Positions 14,401 to 28,147 of a stretch of 64,000 nucleotides of DNA are shown here, piece by piece. The DNA is from Eledone cirrhosa (Eukaryota). Within the stretch, counting starts at the first letter, position 1. The number at the start of each line of letters is the position of its first letter. The translations under genes were made by a program, and so were the position numbers. The stretch lies in the NCBI GenBank assembly GCA_964016885.1, contig OZ024746.1, positions 16,492,001-16,556,000 of the forward strand. The letters run 5' to 3'. A model generated the notes under the pieces. The model saw nothing but the letters and a program-made list of their open reading frames with translations. It ran no database searches and had not been told where the DNA came from.

Positions 14401-15949
14401 GAAGAAGTTTAGGGAACTACTACCACTGCTAGCTGCAAAAGGCTTCTCCCTCAGAATGAAAGGCAGACTGTATGATGCGTGTATCCGAACAGCGATGTTG
14501 CATGGTAGTGAGACCTGGGCGCTGAAGGTGGAAGACTTACGTAGATTAGAGAGAAACGAAGCCTGCATGCTCCGATGGATGTGTAACAGTAATATACGTG
14601 AACGACAAAGCATAAATGAATTGAGAGAGAGACTGAGCATAAGAGGAATCAAATGCTGCGTGCAGGAGAGGCGGTTACGCTGGTATGGACATGTGATGCG
14701 TATGAAGGATGACAGCTGCATAAAAAGGTGCAGAGCACTAGAAGTTGATGGAAACCGCGGAGTGGGGAGACCCAAGATGACTTGGGATGAGGTGATAAGA
14801 GCCGACCTTACCCAACTACACCTCTCAAAGTCAATGACACACGACCGTGACTTCTGGCGTCACGCAGTAATACAGGGTACCCGACCTCCCATGGGTACAT
14901 GCTGAAGCATATAAACAATATGCCCCCCCCCCCCACCGCAAGGTGGTCGTGGAGGTGCCACGGCAAAAAAGCACCCAGCCCACACTGTAAAGTGGACGTG
15001 TAGGCGCCACGAAAAAGCACCCAGCACTCACTGTAAATGAGGTTGGTGTTAGGAAGGGCATCCAGCTGTAGAAATCAAGCCAGATCAGTTCCTGTATGAG
15101 CAAGGCATGGTCAGCCGACCAGACACTGCCCACAACAGGACAACCCGTCTAACCCATGCTAGCGTGGAAGAACGGACGTAAAACGGTGATGATGATGATG
15201 ATGATGATATAATAAGGTTAACAAACTCGCTCGTGAGTGAACTGTCTGAGAGCCGGTTGCCAAATAAGCTAAGATGTCTCTTTTCTCCCCCCCTTTATAA
15301 TCCCTAGACCGGAAGTTCAAGCAATCTTCTAGAATTCAACGGGAAGTAACTCCAATTAGTTTTTTCTCCCCGGGCAAGGTGGCGCTAGTCGCTACATATA
15401 TATATAGAATAGAAAAAAAAAAGGAAAAAAAAAAAAAAAATCAGTGATGCATCTGAACTCAATTTATTGTGTGTTACAATTGTTTCGCCGGCGGACAGCT
15501 CGAGACGCGATCATTGTGTGGATCTGTCTGATGCCGGTCTGCAGGTTCGACGGAGACGTCTAATGATTTCAGAGCATATTCTCGGTTTCTACAGCTGGAT
15601 GCCCTTCCTAACAACAACCCATTTTACAGTGAGTGCTGGGTACCTTTTTACTGTGGCACCTTTTACTGTGGCCCACAGTGTGGGCTGGGTGCTTTTTGTC
15701 GTGACACCTACACAACGACTTTAGAGCGGGAGGAGTGTGGGAGCATATTGTGTATATGCTTCACTTCAGCTTGTACCTGTGGGAACTCTGGTCTTCTGTA
15801 TTACTGCGTATATATGTATATATATATATATATATATATAAGGGAACAAAGAATCAGTGTTGCATCATATACATATTACACGTTTCACGGTCGAGCTGAT
15901 CGACAGTGAAACATGTAATATGTAATTAAATATGTATATGATTCTTTGT

Positions 15950-16009
<60 letters not shown>

Positions 16010-18388
16010 TTGGATGTGAAATAATTGTTGAGAGTTGAGAGAAAAACTAGGAGTATCAGAAATCAGATGTAGTGTCAAGAACTAATGTCCTACTAGACAG
16101 GTTGGAGACAATATTAGGGTCATATATTCTTATCTTTCTGAAAATTACATTAAGATGACATGTGTAGAATACTCAACCACTTGCATAATAATTTCACTGC
16201 TTCAACAACTGCAACTCATATCATCGTAAATTAAAGATGTCCACAAGAAATATTTTGTGTTGGGAGGACATTTCAGTGGGATTACAGAATTGGCGGGGAG
16301 AAATGATTGGTGAGTAGCAGTAGTAGTAATAGTAGTACTATAACAGTAGTGGTAGTAGTGGTCCTCCTTGTGGTAGTAGTGGTAGTAGTAATCAGGTGAC
16401 CCAGTTTATTTACTAGAGGTGAGTAATAGTCAGAATTGTAGTAAGACAGGGAGAGTGAGAAGAGATTTGAAAAAGGTTTGACACACACAACTTGTTTGTT
16501 ATCCAGCAGTTACCTGTCATGGGGGTGTGGCTAGTTTGTGAGGAGGGTGTTATAATAAAATAGATTTTTAACTACAGATGGTGGAGATGAACTATAAAGG
16601 CAGTAAACTTGTTGTTGCTACCTGTTGTTGTTATGAGATAAATAGACCTTTAAACTGTTTTGTAATCAGATGTAGTAACAATAAAATGTCATGTTTTAGG
16701 TTTTATAACAGTCCAATACTCAACTCCATTGTTGATTGGGTAGTTTCTCTCAGTCAGTGTTTATATTATCACCTATATAACAAACACTACCCCTATCCCA
16801 CATATATAACAATCGATACCCCTATCCCACATATATAACAATCGATACCCCTATCCCACATATATAACAATCGATACCCCTATCCCACATATATAACAAT
16901 CGATACCCCTATCCCACATATATAACAATCGATACCCCTATCCCACATATATAACAATCGATACCCCTATCCCACATATATAACAATCACATGTAGTTTA
17001 GGTTAAGTGTGTCTACCAACAATACTGTGTAGATTAACATACTACCCCTACACTACATATATAACAATCACATGTAGTTTGAGTGTGTCTACCAACAATA
17101 CTGTGTAGATTAATATACACACACTACCCCTATCCTACCCCACCAGTTCTTTTCCTTTGGGAGAGTTCCTCTTTAGATATAAATAGCCAGTTAACTGTTT
17201 ATAGTGTTCTTCTCAATGTGTTTCAAATGTTGCAATATTTGACATCAATTTCATGGCATTTTCTTTTAACTTTTTCCATATGAAGCTGCCTGAAACGTGC
17301 CATGGGTTCTATGATACAAAATAATTTGTGTTAAAGTACTTCTATTTACCAAGGTCAACTTTGTCTTTCATCCTTTTGAGGTTGATAAAATAAAGTACCA
17401 GTCTAGTACTGGCGCTGACTCTTCCTCTATATCTCTTTCTCACTCTCAATCCTTCTCTGGAAGAAATCTGCTGTGTTCAGACCTAGAGAGAAAATGGGCT
17501 CTGCCAGGCTTAACACTGGATTCCACTATGATGCCCCTAGAGATCCATAAGGAGTTATGGGACCATGTGTATCTATGTGAAGGTGTGTAACTTAGTGGTT
17601 AGAGTGTTTAGCCCACAATATTAAAGTCACAAGTTTGATTCCTGGACTGGGTAGTGTATTGTATCCTTGAGCAAGACACTTTATTTCATGTTGCTTTAGT
17701 CTGCTCAACAGGCAAACATGAGTTGTAATTCAACAGGCAACCATGTCACACATTGTGTCATGCTGAATCTCCCTGAGAACTACATTAAGGGTGTACGTTT
17801 GTAGAGTGCTCACAATAGAGTTGCAACAGAAATTGTGCAAAAGGTCGTATACATGCGTGTGCATGGCCATGTCTTTGTTTATGTCTCTTAACTTAACAGT
17901 TTGACAAAAAGAGATTGATAAAATAAGCCCCAGACTTGAAAATATAAAAAGCACTGTCAAGGTAGTGCCCCAACATGGCCACAGTCTAATAAATAAAACA
18001 AAAGAGTATAAAAATATATCCTACAAATAATTTAACAGTTTCTTTCCTGGCATCAAACAGTTGTGTTCCATAACTATACACCACAAGACATTTCTCCTGG
18101 CACTCTACTACATCTCTCAATGAAACTATCATCATTATCATTTTTACAGTGACTTTTCCATGCTGGCATGGGTCGGATGGGACTTTCCTATGCTAGGATG
18201 GGTTTGACGAGACCTTTTGAGGCAATATTTTACAACAGGATATACCTGCAGGATACACACACCTACAGCCTGATTAGTTGCTTTTTATGACAGGCAGGGA
18301 TATAGAGTACTTAAACCAGATACATATGGTTGAATATAGATAATATATACACATACATAGTTAATCTATTTGTATAGATAATAAACTG

Positions 18389-18419
<31 letters not shown>

Positions 18420-21400
18420 ATATAGATTCTGTTGTTTGCAGTATATTTAGATGGTAAATTATTCATACATTTTATTAATTCTATCGCCAAATATTTGCAC
18501 TATTTTAGTTTATTACAAGATTAAATTCAGTATATGAGAGAGAGAGAGCGAGAGAGCGAGAGAACGAGAGAGCAAGAGAGCGAGAGAGCAAGAGAGCGAG
18601 AGAGAGGCATGATAAATACACCTAGTCCACCTAGCTGTAAAGTGGTCGGTGATAAGAAGGACATCCAGCCATAAAAAGGCTGACCAAACAAAGGGTTGTA
18701 AAAATGCTGAAATTAATGTGAATAATTTGCAACAGTAGTTAAAAGATGAATTACCTGGAAAATAATGATGTATTTGGAAAATTCTATTAACGCTCTGAGA
18801 CCCAAGTTATATTGATTACTGTTTTCATAAGGCACAAATGGTAAGTTTTCTGGGTTGTCATAGTCCTTCAGCCAAATTACAGAAGCTGGAATAAAACCAA
18901 AGAAAAAGAAAAAATTTATTAAAGTTTCAAGGACAGGATGCTAGTCCCTCACAGGATTAAACTCCCAGCTATTGCTCGTGCACATTTTCAGCTGAGTGGA
19001 CTGAAGTCACATGAAATAAAGTGTTTTGCTCACGAACACAATATGACACTGGTTCAGGAATCAAACCCACTATATCATGATTGTAAGTCCCACACTTTAA
19101 CCACAAGGCCACTTACCTTCACTGTCCAGGTGTACTTCATTTTTAGTTCTTCTAGAATCAATAAAATAATTACCAGTGACAACACTGACGCTTCAGTGTT
19201 GGCGATCAAACAGACAAAGGGTTTGAGAGAAACCTTCAGTCAGTATGAACATGTGACAACCTCTTTAATGCTGGTGCCACAATAAAATGTGCTAAGTCTA
19301 CCTCCCACTCCTGTAAAGTTGTAGTGGTGTCACAAAACAAAAATGCACTCAATATACTTTTAAAGAACATCCATCTGGTCATAGAAACCATGCCAAATAT
19401 GGATGGAGTATACGAGTAAGATAGGTCGCTCTGACCATGACAACCTGGTGGTGGTGCTGGTGATGATGATGATGATGATAATGCTGGTGGAGTTGGTGAT
19501 GATGATAGTGATAATGGTGGTGGTACTGGTGATCATGACGACGATGATAGTGATAGCAGTGATGGTGGTGGTGGGGTTATGATGGTGGTGGTAGTGATGG
19601 TGATGGTGGGTGTGGTGGTGGTGATGATGGTGGTTGTGGTGGTGGTTGTGGTGATGGTGGTGGTTGTGGTGATGATTGTGGTGATGGTGGTGGTTGTGGT
19701 GATGATTGTGGTGATGGTGGTGGTTGTGGTGATGGTGGTGATGATTGTGGTGATGGTGGTGGTTGTGGTGATGGTGGTGATGATTGTGGTGATGGTCGTG
19801 GTGATGGTGGTGATGGTGGTGGTTGTGGTGATAGTGGTGATGATTGTGGTGATGGTGGTGATGGTGGTGGTTGTGGTGATGGTGGTGATGGTGGTGGTTG
19901 TGGTGATAGTGGTGATGGTCGTGGTTGTGGTGATAGTGGTGATGGTGGTGGTTGTGGTGATAGTGGTGATGGTGGTGGTTGTGGTGATGGTTGTGGTGAT
20001 AGTGGTGATGGTGGTGGTTGTGGTGATGATGGTGGTGGTTGTGGTGATGGTGATGATGGTGGTGGTTGTGGTGATGGTGATGATGGTGGTGGTTGTGGTG
20101 ATGGTGATGGTGATGATGGTGGTGGTTGTGGTGATGATGGTGGTGGTTGTGGTGATGATGGTGGTGGTTGTGGTGATGATGGTGGTGGTGATGGTGGTTG
20201 TGATGATGATGGTGGTGGCAGTGGTGCTAATGATGGTAGTTGTGGCGATGATGGCGGTTGTGGTGATGATGGCGGTGGTGGTGATGATGGCGGTGGTGGT
20301 GATGATGGCGGTGGTGGTGATGATGGCGGTGGTGGTGGTGATGGCGGTGGTGACGATGGTGGTGGTGATGGTGGTGGTGGTGATGGTGGTGGTGGTGGTG
20401 GTGGTGGTGGTGGTGGTGATGGTGGTGATGATGGTGATGGTGGTTGTGATGATGGTGGTTGTGGTGATGATGGTGGTTGTGGTGATGATGGTGGTTGTGG
20501 TGGTGATGGTGGTTGTGGTGGTGATGGTGGTTGTGGTGGTGATGATTAAACTCCATTTACAAAACTCTCTTTTCTCTCAATTTCTTAATGACAAAACCTA
20601 ATGATATCCAAGATAAACTTTCTATTTAAACCTTTTTTTCATGAGTTTTCCAGTAAAATATAGATTAAGTAAAAGAATGGATGAGTACAATATTTCATTG
20701 TCTTACAATATTTAGTTTTATCTGTCACTGTTCTCTAATGGCATAGACCTCGGTTTAGATCTCTTTGCCTTTCATTTTTTCAGGGTTGATAGAGAAAGTA
20801 CCAGCCCAGTGTTGGTGCAACCAGAGAAATAACTAGAGAAAATATATACCTCGTTGTATATAATTAGAATATATATACCTTGTTGTATATAATTAGACAT
20901 GTTTTATATTTTTAATTAAATGAAACAAGGGTGTTATTTTTAAAGTGTTTATATTTATCTAAAAATCTTTCATCCTAATTTTAAAAAGAACCTTTGTTAA
21001 CTTATGTTTCAAACACCAGTTTATATAATGCTGAAGTTAGTTATATTACCAATTCCCTACAAATTCCTGATCAATTTCAAAATCCTAGACAGTGTCTTTC
21101 TTTATATATATGGTAATAAAAGGGTTAAAGACATAAGCAGTATCTTTCATTAGAAATATGGTCATGAAAGGGTTAAAGACCCTTCATATTGATGCATAAG
21201 ACTTACCAGCAGCACAAAAGACACACAGAAAAATCAAGATCAGACAACACCAAATAATATCACGGTTTATTTTGCATTCCAGTTTACTTCTCTTGTATCT
21301 TGGTCCTCTGTTGTTTAACATAGCTTTTGTGTCATGACCTACAATACACAAAGTTTTTTTAATTCTTTATTAGTAACAAGAAATATAAAAACAACACATA

Positions 21401-21899
21401 TTCATAAATAACATTACATACCATTCATAAATAACATTACATACCATTCATAAATAACATTACATACCATTCATATAGATTGATACGATCTACATAGATA
21501 TATAGATTTATACTTATGGTAAACATGTTGACTGATGCAATTCGATTTAAGCACTCAATATCATGTATTTTCTTCCATATATTGTTTGTCAGTGAGTGAC
21601 AGAGTAAATGTAGAATAAGGAAAACACAAAGTTCGGTGTAGATGTTAAAAAGTCCTTTATTAACAAAACTGTAATACATATTTCAATGACGATCAGGAAT
21701 GGACTTCAGCTATGAAAACATCATTTCTGTCCATTCCCTTGTCGTTAGATTGGATTGCCTTGGAAACATAACCTTATTACATAAGATGCTGTCTGTATCA
21801 CTGAATAATCACATAACCACAATCGTCATTGAAATATGTATCACAGCTTTCTTAATATAAGACTTTTTAACATCTGCACCAAAGTTTGCATTTTCCATA

Positions 21900-21994
<95 letters not shown>

Positions 21995-21995
21995 G

Positions 21996-22057
<62 letters not shown>

Positions 22058-23093
22058 GTATGTTCATACACAGAACAAAAGCACTACCTAAGGTTTCAAG
22101 GTCCAATTATGACCATCTTGTCTAAGCGCCTGATGACCAGGTCACAAATTTGATCACTTTTAAAATCAAGGAAGATGTCATAACTGGACCTCAAAACCTT
22201 AGGTAGCACTTTTGTTTTGTATATGCACATAATATATCAGTTCTCATACCAGATTGAGCATTGTTTTCCTTTTTCACATTCACTAATTTTTTACTAAACA
22301 CGCACACATTATATATATACATACACTCACAATATGATAAAAGACCAAGGTTAACAACTTAAATTCATTCTTTAATTTCTATGTCCATTTAATATGGTTA
22401 CAATAGTACGTGCATATGTAAACAATTGGAAATAATTTATCAGTTATTAACACCATACATATTAGTGCATTTCTACAGGAAAACATGAGAAGGGACACAG
22501 TTTACCAAGTTCAAATAATAGTAGACTTCATACCAAACACAGTGTAAAGCAAGTAATTAAATATAAAAAACATATTTTGTACATGGAGTTGTTTGACCAT
22601 GCAACATAGGCTGAGGTATAAATCATTATGTCATTACTATTTACAATGTTATTCAAAGAAAAGAACCCCCAGTCACTGAAGAGGTCACAGAATGTGTGAC
22701 GAAAGAACTTTGACAATATATAAACCACCATCTGGTTGTGGAACCAACCAACCAACTGGAAATTTATAAATTCCAAAATTTATAAATTTATTATAATAAA
22801 TTGAAGTGAAAGCAACTGGTGCGTGTGTTTCTTATTGGCAACATGACCCTCCCAAAGTATAACAATAATTATTTTTCGTTATACTGTTAGAATAATATTT
22901 GTTGTTAGACTGGTAGAAGTGGAAATTATTTAAGAGGCAGCAGCAAGTAGGTTTAGACAAAAAGCATTACTTATCTAATATTTACAATGTTGTTATTAAT
23001 TTACATTATATAGTTAGAATAATATTTGTTGTAGATTTGTAGAAGTGGAATTTATTTAAGAAGCAATAGCAAGCAGTTTGCATTTCACAATGA

Positions 23094-23169
<76 letters not shown>

Positions 23170-23298
23170 ATGAAGCATATGTAAATTGCCATTATTAATG
23201 AGGTTCTAATATATATTTTGTGTATAGAGTTGAATTGGCTGCATTCATCTTAGTTTATAACTTGCATTTTAAAGAAATTTGTATACATACACACACAC

Positions 23299-23354
<56 letters not shown>

Positions 23355-26300
23355 GTTTGAGGAGGATTTGGATGTTATTTCTAGCTCCATTGATATTTCT
23401 CAATATGGTAGCTGCTGTTTGAGATGTTACTAAGAGATCTGATAACCTCTAACATCTACAACACAGAAGATGGCCATAAATTGTTTGTTATATTCAGACT
23501 CAATTTATTGTGATGTCAATAATAAAATATAATAAAACAAATAACGAAAAATAAATATTTTAATAATCTACTAACCTGCATATATAACTAAACCCTCGAT
23601 ATAATCTGTATTCTGTAAAACACAACCTCGAAGAATAATGTTGCTATTATTGAGAGGAATCTTGGTATTGTCACTTAATGGTCTGCAAGAATCGGAAATA
23701 CATTAAATTAAATACAAATTTCAGAATCATTCTAACATATTTTCATATCTAATATGTTGTAAAGTATCATATTCTTTATTAATATCAACTATACTCTTAG
23801 CTTTATTGTTTTATATGTTCACAGAACTATTAATAATATTGATATATATGCTGCCCTGAATAGGAAACAAAGCCTCGCAAAACCCACAAGACTCGATGCT
23901 AAGACCCATATTTTGGAAAAGAGCTTTCTATATTTAACTATCATATGAAATAAACTGAAAAACTTAAAAAGAACAAATCAGCACTATGACAACATATTAA
24001 AAATTGAAATCATTACTTTAGTTTACTGAAAATCTTCACCATGATCTGTCCACTATTAAAGATACTATAAATATTTGAATTAATTTAACAAGCCTGTTTT
24101 TAAACATTTTCTATTGGCTTAATACAGGATGTTAAGAGTTAATCAAAACGATTGCTTACATTTACATACAACCATATATGAGATTAGGAGGAGATAAAGT
24201 TAACAATGTATAACTGGTACTTATTTTTTACCCTAAAAAGATAAAACATCAAGTCAACTATGGCAGATTCATCATCATTTAATGTCTGCTTTCTCTGCTA
24301 GTAAGGGTTGGACATGTCTTCACAGACTATATCAGTATTGAAACAGGGTTATTGACCTTCCAGAGAGGCCAGGGGGGGGGGGTCTGCATCTTGTTTACAT
24401 ATGGTCCCACATTCTACTGAGTGCCTTTTATTGTGTTGACCACAAGCACTAGAGAGGTTGTCATGTATTTGACAATAGAAGGGTCCTCCTAACCCTTTGT
24501 TTGGTAAGCTTTCTACAGTTGTATTACCAGAATGTATAAAGAAAATAAACTCGATACTAAAATACACTGAATGAATTTCTGCCACATCATTTCCTTTGAC
24601 AAGAAAACACGAAGATGGGTGGAGTGCTGATGAGGACAGTGTTTCTGCCACATCATTTCCTTTGACAAGAAAACCCGAAGATGGGTGGAGTGCTGATGAG
24701 GACAGTGTTTCTGCCACATCATTTCCTTTGACAAGAAAACCCGAAGATGGGTGGAGTGCTGATGAGGACAGTGTTTCTGCCACATCATTTCCTTTGACAA
24801 GAAAACCCGAAGATGGGTGGAGTGCTGATGAGGACAGTGTTTCTGCCACATCATTTCCTTTGACAAGAAAGCCTGAAGATGAGTGGAGTGCTGATGAGGA
24901 CAGTGTTTCTGCCACATCATTTCCTTTGACAAGAAAACCCGAAGATGGGTGGAGTGCTGATGAGGACAGTGTTTCTGCCACATCATTTCCTTTGACAAGA
25001 AAGCCTGAAGATGGGTGGAGTGCTGATGAGGACAGTGTTTCTGCCACATCATTTCCTTTGACAAGAAAGCCTGAAGATGAGTGGAGTGCTGATGAGGACA
25101 GTGTTTCTGCCACATCATTTCCTTTGACAAGAAAACCCGAAGATGAGTGGAGTGCTGATGAGGACAGTGTTTCTGCCACATCATTTCCTTTGACAAGAAA
25201 ACACGAAGATGGGTGGAGTGCTGATGAGGACAGTGTTTCTGCCACATCATTTCCTTTGACAAGAAAGCCTGAAGATGAGTGGAGTGCTGATGAGGACAGT
25301 GTTTCTGCCACATCATTTCCTTTGACAAGAAAGCACGAAGATGGGTGGAGTGCTGATGAGGACAGTGACAACAATGACAGTCATTTAGAAACAAAAATGA
25401 AAGCCTTAATACCTACATGTGTCCATTAAATCTGTAAATATCTACATTTGGTAAATCACATATCACTGTATCTGTAAACTCTGTTGGGTTGTATTTGTTC
25501 TGGAATGGAAGTAAATAACATTTGATTTGTGTAAAATAATTTCAGCAACATAGAATTCTGAAATAAGTTTAGGAGCTTGGGCAAGAGTTCTCTACTTCAG
25601 CAGATTGAACAAGAGTTCCCTGGTCCATAGAGTTGGGCAGGAGATCCTTGGCCCCGGGGCTTGGGAAAGAGTTCTCTGATCCAGGGGTTGGGCAGAGTTC
25701 CCAGGTCCAGGGGGTTGTTGGGCAGAAGTTCCCAGGTCCAGGGGGTTGGCAGGAGTTCCCTTTGATTCCTAGAGCCAATGAGATTGATTAACATTCCTCC
25801 CTATTTCTAACTCATTAGCAACACAAGTGAAATGGAAAATAATTCCAATTAAGAATCAAGTGAAGGTACATGGCTTAGTGGTTAGAGAAATAGATTTGCA
25901 ATCGATTATAACATGGAACATGTATGGGAGGGAAAGTGACACATACTACATGTATGCTTCAATCCCTGCATATGGGGAGGCAGGTCTTCTGTATTACTGC
26001 ATAGCGCCAAAGATCATGGTTCTGTGACATCACCTTTGAGAGGTGCAATTGTGCAAGGTCAGTTTTTATCACCTCATCCCAATTCCACATCATCCAATTC
26101 CTTTACATCACTAAATCTCACAGGAAAACAACACATTTACATTAAATCATCATCATCATCAATTAACGTCTGTTTTCCCTGCTAACAAGGGTTTCTGACC
26201 TCTCAAATGGATCAGGGGCCTGCATCTTGCTTACATACATTTCAGTGTTCTACCAAGTGAATTTTATCATGGCACAAGCAGATACAGCTAAAGAGTCCTG

Positions 26301-28107
26301 ATCCTTTGGCATGGATCCTATTGCCAACCATCTTACATGGTGTGCTGGGTGTGTTAATCATGTAGATCACCAAAACTAGAAAGGTTTTCATGCTGTTGGC
26401 ATAACTGAAGAGTCCTCTTAGCCCTTCTTGGAAAGGTTTCTACAGTGGGATGCCTTTTCTATTGCCAGACACTTTACAGAGTGTACTGGGGTGGGAGGGG
26501 GAGCAGGTTTCTACAGTGGGATGCCTTTTCTATTGCCAGACACTTTACAGAGTGTACTGGGGTGGGAGGGGGAGCAGGTTTCTACAGTGGGATGCCCTTT
26601 CTATTGCCAGACACTTTACAGAGTGTACTGGGGGGGGGGGGGTTCTACAGTGGGATGCCCTTTCTATTGCCAGACACTTTAAAGAGCGTACTGGGGGGGG
26701 GGGGGGCAGGTTTCTCCAGTGGGATGCCCTTTCTATTGCCCCAGACACTTTACAGAGTCTACAGGGGGGGGGGGGGCAGGTTTCTACAGTGGGATGCCCT
26801 TTCTATTGCTAGACACTTTACAGAGTCTACTGGGGGGGGAGGGGGCATTATTATCTGTTTACAAATAAGTTACCAAGTTATAAAATATTTTATACTAACT
26901 TGTTTTTTAGTGACCGTGACACACTGTCTTTGTTTCAGGTTGTTTTCCCCATCAACGTTGCTTGTTTCTATGTAACAGATGCCTGTTGGATCACTGGACC
27001 GTAACAGCAATATATCAGCAGGAATCACTTCATTACATGACAAATGGACCAAATCTCCAACACAAACAGCACGCCATTGAGTCTTCATATAGCCCTTGTC
27101 GTTCCTGAAAAATATAAAGAATATATACATATTAAGTACAATAAATAGAGTGAGAGAGAATGATTGTGTAAGCTGACAGAGTCACACACACTCTCTTGCA
27201 GGTCTTCTATCTTAAAATCCCAAGTCTCATTTCCATGCAGCATCACAGTTCTGACACAAACATTATAAATCTGCCTTTTGTTATGAGAGAGAGAAACCCT
27301 TTATAGCCAGCCGAGGTAGCTGCACCCTAAACTTTTTCCACTCAATTATCACTAATTACAGTGCTTTCACCCCACCACCAATTTAACTGCTAATTAAGTC
27401 ACCTAATTAGCAGAAGCTATCAACTACTTTTAAGGAGCCATCAGAGCATTTGATAATGTCTTAAATACTCTGACATCCTAGAAATATTGTAAACATATCT
27501 TATTATATTAGCTTCACTGTAATTATAACTTTTACATTATATCATTATAAATATTTTCTAAATAAATGTTTTAATTTAGATGTTACCCTCAACAATTTCG
27601 CTGCGGCCAGACCAAGGCAGGAGGTGTACCACTCTCTTCACAAGAACGCACACTTCAAAGAACTATCACTGGGAAACCTCAAAAAATTTAACTCTTCTAA
27701 GAGCCAATTATGGAAGAACAAAAGTCTATTGTGTGGAGTACACATAGTGTCATTAGCTATAAGTAATTAGCAATAAGTAATTAACACCAATCATCATTAG
27801 CAAGTCACCAGTACTTTAATAGTTGTCATTCACTGTTTGGTGAAGGCTGTTGAGACAAAACTGCACTGATACTCTATAACACTAAGTTAACTCCACCACA
27901 CTGGCACATGTATGTATAGAAGCTAATGAGAAGGACTATGTGGTTACATCACCTGCTAGAAAAAGAAGCCAAATCTTCCTCAAATTACACTGTCTTTAAA
28001 AAATAGTAATAATGATAACCCATTGTATATTAGCTGTGATTAGGTACAGACATGGTCTTTATTAACCTATCCAACCATTGCCATCAGAGAAAATGACCAT
28101 TAAATGA

Positions 28108-28147
<40 letters not shown>

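Noticed and set aside
12226-14775. Minus-strand ORFs overlapping the RTE
   Set aside because: Antisense shadows of a long coding frame; no recognisable motifs.
19579-20601. Poly-Val/Met and poly-His proteins
   Set aside because: Translation of a trinucleotide microsatellite.
21836-22153. SL- and RE-dipeptide ORFs
   Set aside because: (CT)n microsatellite artefact.
24349-25429. 277-341-aa repeat ORFs as genes; CTGATGAG in the unit as a hammerhead
   Set aside because: The 66-bp unit is a multiple of 3, which explains the open frames. No stem II-GAAA-stem III follows CTGATGA.
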